In this document: positions 37,936-47,658 of the stretch, one piece after another
Layout of the letters: each line of letters begins with the position of its first letter
How positions within the stretch are numbered: the first letter of the stretch is position 1
Source: a virus
DNA: 64,000 nucleotides
Reading direction: 5' to 3' (one strand)
IMG/VR virus record: IMGVR_UViG_3300045988_170943
Location: 352,001 to 416,000 of that record
Notes under the pieces: generated by a model
What the model was told of the DNA's origin: nothing
Seen by the model: only the letters and a program-made list of their open reading frames with translations
The model's database searches: none
Position numbers and translations under genes: made by a program

Positions 37936-38891
37936 CCATCTCAACTATCTTCCCCTACCTGGTGGCGTTGGGCCTGACCACCTCCATCGGCATCATCGGG
38001 CTCATCGTCTATCTCGTGTGGCGCACCAGCCACAACGATGAAGAGTACGACTCCCAGTTGGCTGAACTTCTCAGCGACGACGTGGAAAGCGAACTGGGCA
38101 ACTCCTCCACGAACGTCACCTACTGGTCCAGATGGTGTGACTACTGGTCCCAGACGCTCCGTGGTGCGGGCGTGGACCGGTACTCCGTTGACGCCACCAC
38201 AGCGGGCCGAGATGTCACCGTACTTCTGGCTACGATTGGTGTGATTGTCGGCGTCATCGCCAACAACATAATCCTGGGGGTGATCGCCACCGTCGTGGCT
38301 GGTACGGGGCTCTCCATGCTCATGAGGTACCGCTACAACAACAAGAACGAGGATCTGAACTTGCAGATCCCTGGGTTCCTGTACTCCCTGAAGGCAAACA
38401 TCCAGGCTGCGGACACGAACGAGCGGGCACTGCTGAAAATCATCCCGTCCATCCCTTCCCCCTTGTATGATGACCTGAAGGTTGCTGAGTCAGTTCTCCA
38501 GTCTGGTGACACGTTCAAGGAGGCGATGGAGACAATGAGCGCGAAAACCACGTCCAGGGATCTTCAGTTCCTCTGCGCGTGCATGATCCAGGCGTCCGCC
38601 AGCGGCTCTAGCATGGTCACCCAGATTGACAGCATCCAAAGGGTCCTTGAATCTCGTCGTAAAGTATCCGATGAGATCAACCGGTCTGTGAAAGCGGTAC
38701 AGCCAGCCATCTGGCTCGCCTCCGTCATTATCCCAGCCCTGTTCCTGGGCTCTTACTTCAGTGACTCTGCCGCACAGGGTTTCTGGTTCGTAACCCCCAT
38801 GTCATGGGCGGCGCTAGCCTTAACGGCCATCCTGTACGCTATTGGCCTGGTGATGACGAAGCGGCAGGTTGACAAGATCAGAAACATGTGA
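37932..38891 (+). CDS. TadB/GspF-domain inner-membrane platform protein (second copy)
   Basis: N-terminal TMs, central GspF-like domain, C-terminal TMs. Start overlaps the CpaF stop. Confidence 0.5.
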   Translation: MTISTIFPYLVALGLTTSIGIIGLIVYLVWRTSHNDEEYDSQLAELLSDDVESELGNSSTNVTYWSRWCDYWSQTLRGAGVDRYSVDATTAGRDVTVLLATIGVIVGVIANNIILGVIATVVAGTGLSMLMRYRYNNKNEDLNLQIPGFLYSLKANIQAADTNERALLKIIPSIPSPLYDDLKVAESVLQSGDTFKEAMETMSAKTTSRDLQFLCACMIQASASGSSMVTQIDSIQRVLESRRKVSDEINRSVKAVQPAIWLASVIIPALFLGSYFSDSAAQGFWFVTPMSWAALALTAILYAIGLVMTKRQVDKIRNM

Positions 38892-39086
38892 CCTACCCCC
38901 AGCCATCAACATGTGTTGAACCTGAGTGGTTAATACAAACACCTCAGCCGTTGCTCTTACAGACAAGGCTGGGGTGTTTCTGTTGCCTCTTTGTAGGCAG
39001 AATAAGGGCGTCGATATGTGTGCGCACGACATCACGTGCACAACTCTACAGACATGCGAACTTCACACTAAAGAACGGACACAACT

Positions 39087-39704
39087 ATGACAACAGGTGT
39101 TGGCAAAAACAGGGTAGGGACCCACAGGAGACTGGAGTTCACCGTGGGACAGAAAAGCATCTTCAACACCAACATGAACATCAAGCACTACATGCAGAAA
39201 GCAAAACTGGTTGACACTATCCGCGCCATGGGAGCCAAAGCCGGTGCAGAAGCACACCCAGACAGAGAGACGGTAGAAGCCAGGCTTGATGCGTTACGAC
39301 AGGAGCGACGCCTCGCTGCACGTAAGACCAGCACCATGAAGAAAATGATGAAACGAGGCGCCAGTCAGGAGGAGATCGACAAGGAGATGCAGGAGATTAC
39401 CGAGTCCCTGTCGCCCTCCAAGCCCAGTAGTCGCATCCAGGCAACCCCACTATTCACCACATTCAAGATAACCATGACCGTCCACCCGCCGACACGCAGA
39501 CGACTGGACCCACCCAACCTGTCCCCCACCCTCAAAGCCCTCGTAGACGGGCTCACAGACGCCTGCTGGTGGGACGACGACGACTACCGGCACCTTGTTG
39601 AGACCTCATTCCGTTACGGCGGCCTATCTGGTACCCCCGGAGAGTGGAGAATCGTCCTGGACGTGGAAGAAGTAGACCCCAGCGGATACGTCACCAGCAA
39701 CTAG
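39087..39704 (+). CDS. RusA-like Holliday-junction resolvase domain protein
   Basis: C-terminal half aligns with RusA: RRRLDPPNL..LKALVDGLTDACWWDDDDY versus [29 protein letters not shown]. Confidence 0.45.
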   Translation: MTTGVGKNRVGTHRRLEFTVGQKSIFNTNMNIKHYMQKAKLVDTIRAMGAKAGAEAHPDRETVEARLDALRQERRLAARKTSTMKKMMKRGASQEEIDKEMQEITESLSPSKPSSRIQATPLFTTFKITMTVHPPTRRRLDPPNLSPTLKALVDGLTDACWWDDDDYRHLVETSFRYGGLSGTPGEWRIVLDVEEVDPSGYVTSN

Positions 39705-39857
39705 AGTCAAAACACCTACCCCAAGAAACAGGGATGCAACCCACCCACACTTCCAAGGCAGGGGATAGATTATCGACTGCTGCCAGACGGAAGGATATTG
39801 AAAACCTATGAGAAACTACCACGATTCGCTTACTAGATGTGACGAAAGAAGGTCGCC

Positions 39858-40313
39858 ATGGGTGGAATAGTCGTCGCAAACTTCACGAACATGTTCAAGC
39901 GACGCATCCTTCTGTACTCGCTCGGTGATCTTAGGCTCAACGCCCCCATATCCCTGAAGAAGGTCGGATACATCATCTTCTTCATTGTCATATACACGGC
40001 ACCCATCATCTACTTCAACGGGATCGTGCTCAAACCATGGTTCCTGTTACTAGTGTTTGTGCCGCCGCTCCTCCTAGGTAACTACGCGGCCGAACCGATC
40101 TGGGCAGGAAGAAACCTCCTGGACTTCACCACAGTGTACATAAAGTTCGCCACCTCCCCAAAGTACTGGTGCGACCTGAAAGCATGCGACGACCTCATGG
40201 TCAACCAGAAGGACAAGAGTGGTACCAGTGAGCCAGTCCACTACGAGATCTGGGTAAGCCGACGTCGCGAGATCGCTGAACTGAAAGCACTCTACGCCGA
40301 AGAGAACCTGTAA
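39858..40313 (+). CDS. small membrane protein
   Basis: 151 aa with two hydrophobic segments. Confidence 0.3.
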   Translation: MGGIVVANFTNMFKRRILLYSLGDLRLNAPISLKKVGYIIFFIVIYTAPIIYFNGIVLKPWFLLLVFVPPLLLGNYAAEPIWAGRNLLDFTTVYIKFATSPKYWCDLKACDDLMVNQKDKSGTSEPVHYEIWVSRRREIAELKALYAEENL

Positions 40314-40380
40314 TAGCCTCCAGGGGTCTCAAAACTTTCATCGCACACTACCACACTGACTGCATGGAGCAAACACTTAC

Positions 40381-41586
40381 ATGGCATACAAGTATAACTC
40401 ATCACTGTTTCTGGGCGAGACGCTTGGGGGAAAACCCAGCCCAGTGTTCTTCGATCCGCACACATGCATCCTGAATAACCGACCGCCCACGACAGTCATC
40501 ACAGGCGGCCCTGGCTCCGGAAAGACCTACATGCTGTTGAACCTGGTGGCCCAGTCTGCCATCCTCGGCAAGGCGTGCGTCTTTTTGGACCCTAAAGGTG
40601 ACGCCCTCGGTCTTCAGGCGCTTTCCAAGGATCTCGGCAACCTGAAGTTCTGGAACCTCGCCGGACGAGGACAGAAAGGCATCCTAGACCCGTTCCAGAT
40701 GCCCATTGATCATGAGAGCCAGCGGCTCGAACTCATCATCAATACTGTGGAGATGTTCGTCGGAAACATCACTGAAGACCAGAGAACAAGGCTCGGAGCC
40801 ATCGTTGAAGACGTCATGCGCGAGCAGGTACCATCCCTGCTGCGTGTCGTTGAAGTCATGATCATGCACCGAGAGAGAGACGTCCGTAACCTTGGGAACC
40901 GGCTGAGCCTGATCTCAAAGATGAAGTTCGCCAACTTGTGCTTCGCCCCTGGCCGTAAGGGATTCAAGCCGCTCAGCCTGGACAGTGGTGTCACCATCGT
41001 CACCATGCCCGGCCTGAAACTCACAGTAGACAGCAAGGACGGCATGTCGGGTGAGGAGCGAATCTCAGCCACCATATTCTTCCTTCTGACCAGCATGATC
41101 AACGGGATGCTCTACTCCTCTGACGTGTCTATGCGCAAGATCCTGATCATCGACGAGGCGTGGGCAATCGCTGGTAACTCTGCTGGGTCCAAGGTCATTA
41201 AGGCGGTAGCAAAACTGGGGCGATCCAAGAACATGGCTGTCATACTCGCCAGCCAGAACCAGAGTGACCTCATGGGGGAGGACATTGATACCACCATATC
41301 CACACGATTCGCGTTCGCTACCGACTACAAGGAGGCCGCGAACATCACAAAGGCTATGCGACTCCCCACAGGGCAAGGGTTCGAACAAATCCTGACCTCT
41401 CTGAGCCCGGGCGAGTGCCTGATGGAGGAGAGTACCAGCGATGATGGGCGCAGTCGTTACTCCACAATGAAAGCCGTTGTCATCTCCCCCAGGTGGGACG
41501 AGGCTTTCAGAACCAACCCTGAAGACGTGCGCGCAAGAGAAAAGAAGAGACGCAAACAGGCGGCAGCAAAAAAGAATCCTACCTAA
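40381..41586 (+). CDS. P-loop NTPase, VirB4/HerA (DUF87)-like
   Basis: Walker A GGPGSGKTY and Walker B ILIIDEAWAI, about 400 aa. Confidence 0.45.
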   Translation: MAYKYNSSLFLGETLGGKPSPVFFDPHTCILNNRPPTTVITGGPGSGKTYMLLNLVAQSAILGKACVFLDPKGDALGLQALSKDLGNLKFWNLAGRGQKGILDPFQMPIDHESQRLELIINTVEMFVGNITEDQRTRLGAIVEDVMREQVPSLLRVVEVMIMHRERDVRNLGNRLSLISKMKFANLCFAPGRKGFKPLSLDSGVTIVTMPGLKLTVDSKDGMSGEERISATIFFLLTSMINGMLYSSDVSMRKILIIDEAWAIAGNSAGSKVIKAVAKLGRSKNMAVILASQNQSDLMGEDIDTTISTRFAFATDYKEAANITKAMRLPTGQGFEQILTSLSPGECLMEESTSDDGRSRYSTMKAVVISPRWDEAFRTNPEDVRAREKKRRKQAAAKKNPT

Positions 41587-41612
41587 AAATAGGATCGACA
41601 TAACTGCTACAC

Positions 41613-41652
41613 AATCCTGAGGAATCCCCGATATTCCTCAGGATTTTATTTC
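41613..41652 (+). terminator. rho-independent terminator
   Basis: 13-bp stem aatcctgaggaat/attcctcaggatt with loop ccccgat, followed by ttttattt. Confidence 0.6.
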
Positions 41653-41677
41653 GCCTGACACAGAAGGAAGCGCCCCG

Positions 41678-42523
41678 ATGGCCGCAATCAGCAAAGTGAA
41701 CAGAAGGAAGAAGACTAACCGTTTTCTCACTGGAATGGTAGTCGTCGTACTAGCGCTCATACTGGTCGGCTCATCCATGATCATGCGTAAGTTCTTCGAG
41801 ACAGAAACCTACTACACGTTGAAACAGGACATCCCAGCACACACCCAGATCACCCCGGACATGCTGGAGCCAAAACAAGCACCCACCGGGTCTATCCCCT
41901 TCGAAAATTTAGTCACCCTCGCAAAAGTCCAATCAGACGACCCTAAGGATGCAGTATTCTCCTCAGTTGCCCTCAAGGCCGGGGACATGGTGCCAAATTC
42001 AGTCGTTACCACCGGAAGTGAAGACCTCAAAAAGCAAATCCCTGAGGGCTGGGTCATCACCAACTTCAGTGTCAGCGCAGACAACGCCGTCGGCGGGCGC
42101 ATCAAGAACGGTTCATACTTTGACATCCTTGTCGCCACATCAGATGGCGCATTCTACCCGTTCCTCAACGTGAAGGCCCTCGACACCACTGTTGACCTGT
42201 CCAACGCCTCCTCATCTGACGCTGTTGATACTGAGGAGGCGCACGCCGGGCAGACCACGCAGTACACGGTTGGGCTCACACCGGAGAACGCATCCAAACT
42301 CCAGTCCATCATGAGCCAGTACAACGGCAACGTCAAACTGGTTCTGTCCAATGGTGTCAGCGACCCTGCCACTCACCAGCCGACAGGATCATTCGCCGGT
42401 AACGCCCCCGCCCCACTGTCAGTCAGCCCTGACACCGACAATGGCGGCCAGGCCCCAGCATCCCAGCAGCAGGAAAAGCCCTCCGCGTCAGGGAATCAAG
42501 ACCAGCGGGCCGAGAACAAGTAA
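41678..42523 (+). CDS. CpaB/RcpC-like pilus assembly protein (N-terminal TM plus SAF-like domain)
   Basis: Membrane anchor after a K/R-rich start. Domain with GGRIKNGSYFDILVATSDG, like the CpaB beta-clip. Confidence 0.5.
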   Translation: MAAISKVNRRKKTNRFLTGMVVVVLALILVGSSMIMRKFFETETYYTLKQDIPAHTQITPDMLEPKQAPTGSIPFENLVTLAKVQSDDPKDAVFSSVALKAGDMVPNSVVTTGSEDLKKQIPEGWVITNFSVSADNAVGGRIKNGSYFDILVATSDGAFYPFLNVKALDTTVDLSNASSSDAVDTEEAHAGQTTQYTVGLTPENASKLQSIMSQYNGNVKLVLSNGVSDPATHQPTGSFAGNAPAPLSVSPDTDNGGQAPASQQQEKPSASGNQDQRAENK

Positions 42524-42547
42524 CTAGGGATCTCCTGAGTCGATATA

Positions 42548-42597
42548 GTAAGGGTACCGAAAGTTGCAAAACAATCGGTACCCTTACACTTTTCTAC
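42548..42597 (+). terminator. hairpin terminator
   Basis: 12-bp stem gtaagggtaccg/cggtacccttac, followed by acttttct. Confidence 0.45.
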
Positions 42598-42649
42598 CAC
42601 CAAATGTCAACACCCCAATAGTGTTGATCGTTGAAAGCAAGGGATACTA

Positions 42650-44077
42650 TTGGCTACTAGTATTATGCGCCCAAGAGCCATGTTTGTTGGACCAGAGCAG
42701 GTCTCAAACGTCATCAGGGACCACGCATGCCCCGACTGGGACTGGTACCGGGTAGACACACTACAGGACGTTATAGCGGGATCACGAGACGGCGACGACT
42801 ACTCCGACATCAACATGATCATTCTTGTTGACAGAATGTTCGAGAAGGAGTTCAACCCGGAACGCGAGTTCGAGACCATCGTCGCCTCATTCGGCACCAG
42901 CAAAATCGTAACTATCCTCCAATACAACAGCAGTCTCCAGTACAACATTGAGAACTCAGTGGCCGCCTATGCGAAAGACAAGGGGATCGGCGATGTCTCC
43001 ATGAACTTCGTTGGAGCGGACTACGAATCGGCCATACCCCGCATCATCCACAACTACGTCAACGACCCCTATGCTGACGACTGGAACAAGGCAGTCATCA
43101 GCAACCGTGTCACCATCGACGAGAACGGCCAGGTTGTCAGCATCGCAGCCGACGAAACTACCGGTGAGGAGTGGGACGACGGCAGCAACTACTTCGAGGA
43201 GCAGGTAGACGACACCCAGTACCTCGGCCAGATCATCGCCGTCACCTCCAGCAAAGGCGGGTCAGGTAAGTCCACCGTCGCCGTCACTCTAGCCTCCTAC
43301 CTGGCACACTCGTCCATGAGGTCAGTGGAGACCGGGGCGGTTGACAGGCCCCTGAAAGTCGCTATCCTCGACCTAGACATTGAAGACGGCCAGATCGGGT
43401 TCATTGCGGGCAGCATCCAGCCGACCATCCTGAACATGCGCACCCGGGGTATCTCGCAAGCCGCGTTTGAGGACACTGTTATCAAGAGCAAGCGGCTTGG
43501 TGTTGACCTCATCCTAGCCCCCAAGCGGCCACGCTCCAGTGCTGACACGCCACCTCAGTTCTACCGCGAGGTGATCGACTTCCTCAAGCAGCGGTACGAT
43601 TACGTGATTCTGGACACTTCTGTACGCTACATGGATCCCCTTCTGGAGCAGGTGGCGTACCCCATGGCTGACGCCATAGTTTTTGTTACCGACATTGTGA
43701 TCCAGTCCGTGATGTCTATGACACGGTGGGTGCAGGAGGTGACCTGGCCGGTAGAGAAGAACGGCATGGGGATCCCGGCATCCAAGATCGGTCTCGTGGT
43801 CAATAAGGCCATCGCTGATGTGCACATGAACGGGACTCGTATCGCTAAAGCCGCTCCGGGCGTCGCCGTCGTTTCTGTGATCCCCAATAATGCGAAACTG
43901 ATGGCTCACGCCGCTAACCTTCAGGCAATGCAGGTTGTTTTGAATCATCCAGAGATCCGCAAGTCATACAAGCGAATAGCAGATGCCATCATGGGTAAAC
44001 GTTACGACAAGCACCTAGTGGATACCACCAAGGGCGAACGCTACAAGTTAAGTGACGACTTCAAGGTCACCACATAA
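42650..44077 (+). CDS. CpaE/TadZ-like ParA/MinD-family ATPase with N-terminal receiver-like domain
   Basis: Deviant Walker A IAVTSSKGGSGKSTVAV with a ParA-like fold. The N-terminal ~180 aa resemble a pseudo-receiver. TTG start is uncertain. Confidence 0.55.
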   Translation: MATSIMRPRAMFVGPEQVSNVIRDHACPDWDWYRVDTLQDVIAGSRDGDDYSDINMIILVDRMFEKEFNPEREFETIVASFGTSKIVTILQYNSSLQYNIENSVAAYAKDKGIGDVSMNFVGADYESAIPRIIHNYVNDPYADDWNKAVISNRVTIDENGQVVSIAADETTGEEWDDGSNYFEEQVDDTQYLGQIIAVTSSKGGSGKSTVAVTLASYLAHSSMRSVETGAVDRPLKVAILDLDIEDGQIGFIAGSIQPTILNMRTRGISQAAFEDTVIKSKRLGVDLILAPKRPRSSADTPPQFYREVIDFLKQRYDYVILDTSVRYMDPLLEQVAYPMADAIVFVTDIVIQSVMSMTRWVQEVTWPVEKNGMGIPASKIGLVVNKAIADVHMNGTRIAKAAPGVAVVSVIPNNAKLMAHAANLQAMQVVLNHPEIRKSYKRIADAIMGKRYDKHLVDTTKGERYKLSDDFKVTT

Positions 44078-44461
44078 TAGAAGTAGCGCAACATGTAAGA
44101 CCTTCCCGCCCCTTTAGTGTGCGGCCTGGAACTCTCTTCTGCTGGCATGGTGCCTGTCTGGTGAAGATACCATGCGAAGCGGCAAGTAATGTTGCCTTGT
44201 GTGTTGAGGTGAACATGCGGCAGGAGAGCCAGCCAGGGCTGTAGTGAGGGGTTAGGGAACATGAAGGGTCTGGCCGGGATGCCTAGTGGTAGGGGCTCCC
44301 GGCCAGACCTGTTTCTTCGTGTAACAAGGTGCTAAATGTTGAGGCTTCGCTGATTGTGTGCCTTAAACTAGAGCGTTATCACACAACGGCTTGTGCTGTT
44401 TTCTGTTGCGTTGGTGTGCTCAACTTAGACGCCATGTCATGATCGCACCCCAAGGTAGACG

Positions 44462-44508
44462 AGTACTGCCTGCAATTACACTTCAATGCCGTCATTGCAG
44501 GCAGTACT
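44462..44508. terminator. bidirectional hairpin between convergent cpaE-like and pilT-like genes
   Basis: Perfect 15-bp inverted repeat agtactgcctgcaat/attgcaggcagtact with a 17-nt loop. Confidence 0.45.
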
Positions 44509-44523
44509 TCAGCCAGGACCGGC

Positions 44524-47385
44524 CTATGCGATAGTGATCTTGTCCTTACCCAGTAGACCCTTGAAGTATACGAGGTCGGCGGCGTGCCTCATACCCTCCT
44601 CCACAGTGCACCTCCCCTGCTCTACAGCATTAACGATCTGCCGCTCAATAGTCAGGTCATTGTCGCGCATATAGTCCTCAATGCCGTGGTCGTCGCCCGC
44701 GCCGATCATTTCCTGTACTTCACGAGTAATCTCAAGGACAGAGAACAGGGCGAACCGGCTCTTACCGTCAACAGTCTTCAAGAGTTCCTGGTTAGCGAGC
44801 CCACGAATGTTTGTCTGAAGCGTTGACAGTATACGCCTCTGATCCTCACCATCATACAGCGACTTGATACGGTTCAACGTGACGGCAGGCGTGTTTGAGT
44901 GGATCGTCGTCATCGTGAGGTGCCCTGACTCGGCTGCACGAAGAAACTCGTCAACCTCTTCCTGGTCTCGAACCTCACCCACCAGAATCGTGTCCGGGTC
45001 CTCACGCATAGCAGCCTTCAGCGCGTTCGAGAACGAGTGTGTGTCACTGCCCACCTCACGTGGAGTCAGCAAAGTAATGCCATCGTCAGGGTAGATGTAC
45101 TCGATGGGCTTCTCAATAGTGACGATCCTCTGGTTACTGTTCTTCTGAAGGTTACGGATCAGAGATGCGAACGTTGTCGTGTTATGGGTTGGCACATAGT
45201 CCCTTGTGCACAGGAACAGGTGTGACGGGGAGTCCACCTCAAGGCACCAGAACTCCGACTGGGAGGCGTGCACCTCCTCCATGTACTCGATCTCAACAAT
45301 GTTCCCCCCGTCTATTGTGGCGCTTGCGTGCGAGCCTCTAAAGTCATCGTTCAGGTAATCCCGCACACCAGTAATGCTCAAACGGTCACCCATAGTCTCA
45401 GTGGCGTGCATCCCCAGTGAGCGAGCCACACGAGCCACACCCTCCCTGTGCTCATCATCCGGGATGCTGACTGTCGTGTCGCTGGAGTCTGCTGGCCCCT
45501 GAACCAGTAGTGCCCCCAACAGCATCAGCCGATCCGACACGCTCCAGGAGACCGCCTCAGCAAGAACCTCACGTACCCCATCCTGCCCCTCTGTAAGGCC
45601 CGTGACAGCGGCCGCAAGCGCCACTGGCAACACGGTAGGGGCGGGGGGCTCAGGTACCTCCACAGGCCCCCTGAGTCCCCTGATAACGGGGTTGTAGCCG
45701 AACCTCTGGCACACCTCGAACATTTGCTGCGTCGTCACCGTGCGCGGCCCCTCAACGCGGCCCATCAGTGATTCCTGGGAGTGCAACTCCAGCAGGTGGG
45801 CGCACGACTTACCGACCAGGATCCCGTCACCAGTGTCACGGAACGTCCGAGAAAGAACACCAGCCACCATGTCTGCCATGTCGCCCGTGAGCCCAGCCCG
45901 GCGGGTGATCTCGTGGGCAGGCAGCCGTTCACCGTCTCTGGCAGCAACAACCATGTCCAGGAGGGCAGCAACAGACCTCTTCGGCAGGATGATACGGCAG
46001 TAATTGTCACAAGGGAACTCCGCGACCCACAGGTGGTTCCCCCCAGCCAGGACAGTCTCACTAAGGCCACGGAACTTGATGTGGAAGAACCTCTCCGACC
46101 CTCCGGGGTGCTTTCTCACCACTTTGCATGTGCTGCCGTTCTCGTCATACACGATGTCACCGACCTGCACGTCCCCAAGCCTGATGAACCCGCCAGGATA
46201 GTTCGGGCCAGGTATCAACGTGTCCTCGTGAAGATCCTTACCGGAGCCAGTAATACCCCCCAGGATGATGCCGCCCTTACCGAACTTCGTCCACTCAATC
46301 AGGCGCGGGTCCACGTTCAGTTCCTCAGGAGACGGGATGACATCACTGATGATACGGAACGTCATAGCATTGTGCCCAAGAGTGCGCGCAACATTCAACC
46401 TGGTGCGCCTCCCCGCGTGCATACTGGAACGCAACTCATAAGAGGTGTCCAGTTCCCAGTGCTCATGATAGTCAGTCTGGTTATCCTTGGTGACAATGTC
46501 CATGAAGATACGGCTCGTGACATCATAGGGGATAGGCCCGAACTTCTCGTCGCGCACAATGTCTCCATTGACCCTGTACGCGATACGCTTGTCTGGGTCG
46601 ATATGGACGTCAGAAGCACCCATGTCGATACCTTGTGCGATTACGGCGTCGATGTCGAAGCCTTTAAACGGATCCTCTTCCGCCTCCTCCTCTTCAATGC
46701 CGATCCCGTCTATGACGTCAAGAACCCCATCCAATGGGTCATCGTCATAATCGTCGTCATAGTCCTCATCATCGTACCCGGCGTAAGGGTCCTCATACTC
46801 TGGATACTCATCATCCATAGGGGAGAACGGGTCCTCATCCTCCCCGTCAACACTCCCCTCACTGGTGTCGCCCGCGTCCATGTTGTCACTGTCAGCAGCA
46901 ATGTCTGCACTGACGGCAACATAGTCTGCGTCACCATAGAGATCACCGTCACCACTACTTGCAGACAGGCCGCTAGCAGCCCCCAGGGCCTCAGGAGCAC
47001 TACCTGCACTGTACTCAGAAACACCAAAATCTGTGACCGGTTCATCACCGTCAGCACCCAAACTAGCGTTCACAGGATCATCATAGTCGCCGTCGAGCAC
47101 GCCATCATACTCAACACCTTCGTCGCTATCGCCCCACAGGCGCTCACTGTACCCATTATCTGGAACCTGGGTGGGCGCGTTCATATAGTCGGCGTCAACA
47201 GGTGTCGTTACCACGTCATCCTCGCCCGGCTCATCATAGCCGCCAGGAATAGTAGTCTCCTCCATGTGCGGCTGCGTGACCGGGGCGGCATGACCGGGCA
47301 CATACTCATCATCCCCGTCACCCTGAAGGAACGGGTTGTAGTCCTCATCCCAGGCCTCAGCAGTAAGGTCAATACGGTCAGACAT
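44524..47385 (-). CDS. PilT/PilU-like secretion ATPase with acidic N-terminal extension, interrupted in its P-loop by a class 3 intein
   Basis: Exteins carry ASDVHIDP...RVNGDI (PilT N-terminus), GGITGSGK joined to TTTFASLI (Walker A restored), RIVTIEKPIEY, EDPDTILVGEVRD and AAESGHLTMTTIHSN. An Asp/Glu-rich N-terminal region of about 250 aa precedes these. Confidence 0.7.
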   Translation of the reverse strand: MSDRIDLTAEAWDEDYNPFLQGDGDDEYVPGHAAPVTQPHMEETTIPGGYDEPGEDDVVTTPVDADYMNAPTQVPDNGYSERLWGDSDEGVEYDGVLDGDYDDPVNASLGADGDEPVTDFGVSEYSAGSAPEALGAASGLSASSGDGDLYGDADYVAVSADIAADSDNMDAGDTSEGSVDGEDEDPFSPMDDEYPEYEDPYAGYDDEDYDDDYDDDPLDGVLDVIDGIGIEEEEAEEDPFKGFDIDAVIAQGIDMGASDVHIDPDKRIAYRVNGDIVRDEKFGPIPYDVTSRIFMDIVTKDNQTDYHEHWELDTSYELRSSMHAGRRTRLNVARTLGHNAMTFRIISDVIPSPEELNVDPRLIEWTKFGKGGIILGGITGSGKDLHEDTLIPGPNYPGGFIRLGDVQVGDIVYDENGSTCKVVRKHPGGSERFFHIKFRGLSETVLAGGNHLWVAEFPCDNYCRIILPKRSVAALLDMVVAARDGERLPAHEITRRAGLTGDMADMVAGVLSRTFRDTGDGILVGKSCAHLLELHSQESLMGRVEGPRTVTTQQMFEVCQRFGYNPVIRGLRGPVEVPEPPAPTVLPVALAAAVTGLTEGQDGVREVLAEAVSWSVSDRLMLLGALLVQGPADSSDTTVSIPDDEHREGVARVARSLGMHATETMGDRLSITGVRDYLNDDFRGSHASATIDGGNIVEIEYMEEVHASQSEFWCLEVDSPSHLFLCTRDYVPTHNTTTFASLIRNLQKNSNQRIVTIEKPIEYIYPDDGITLLTPREVGSDTHSFSNALKAAMREDPDTILVGEVRDQEEVDEFLRAAESGHLTMTTIHSNTPAVTLNRIKSLYDGEDQRRILSTLQTNIRGLANQELLKTVDGKSRFALFSVLEITREVQEMIGAGDDHGIEDYMRDNDLTIERQIVNAVEQGRCTVEEGMRHAADLVYFKGLLGKDKITIA
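45181..46236 (-). other. class 3 intein (352 aa, WCT signature, Asp at position 1, large central insert)
   Basis: Block A DLHEDTLI (GAT codon verified on the reverse complement); block B GGNHLW (Trp at B12); block F EFWCLEVDSPSHLFLC (Cys at F4); block G YVPTHN with +1 Thr (Thr at G5). A central ~200 aa may be a degenerate endonuclease. Confidence 0.65.
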
Positions 47386-47658
47386 GCGATGTTACTCTCT
47401 TCCAAGAGGGGTGGTAGCGGTAGCCAGGGAACGCGAACGACGGTACATCCAGCAACAGAATCATACCAATAAAACGTAAATCTCTGGTCTGAAGGAATAT
47501 CCCGGGACGAAGCCACAACTACACTAACACGCGAGAAACAGGCCAGCCAGTACCCCGCACAGCAGAGCCCACACACGTATTCACCTCCCAGAGAGACCGC
47601 CCCAAAGCCTGTAATCGCAAAAGTATGGTAAGCACCACGTTAGGGCACTGTCCCTCCC

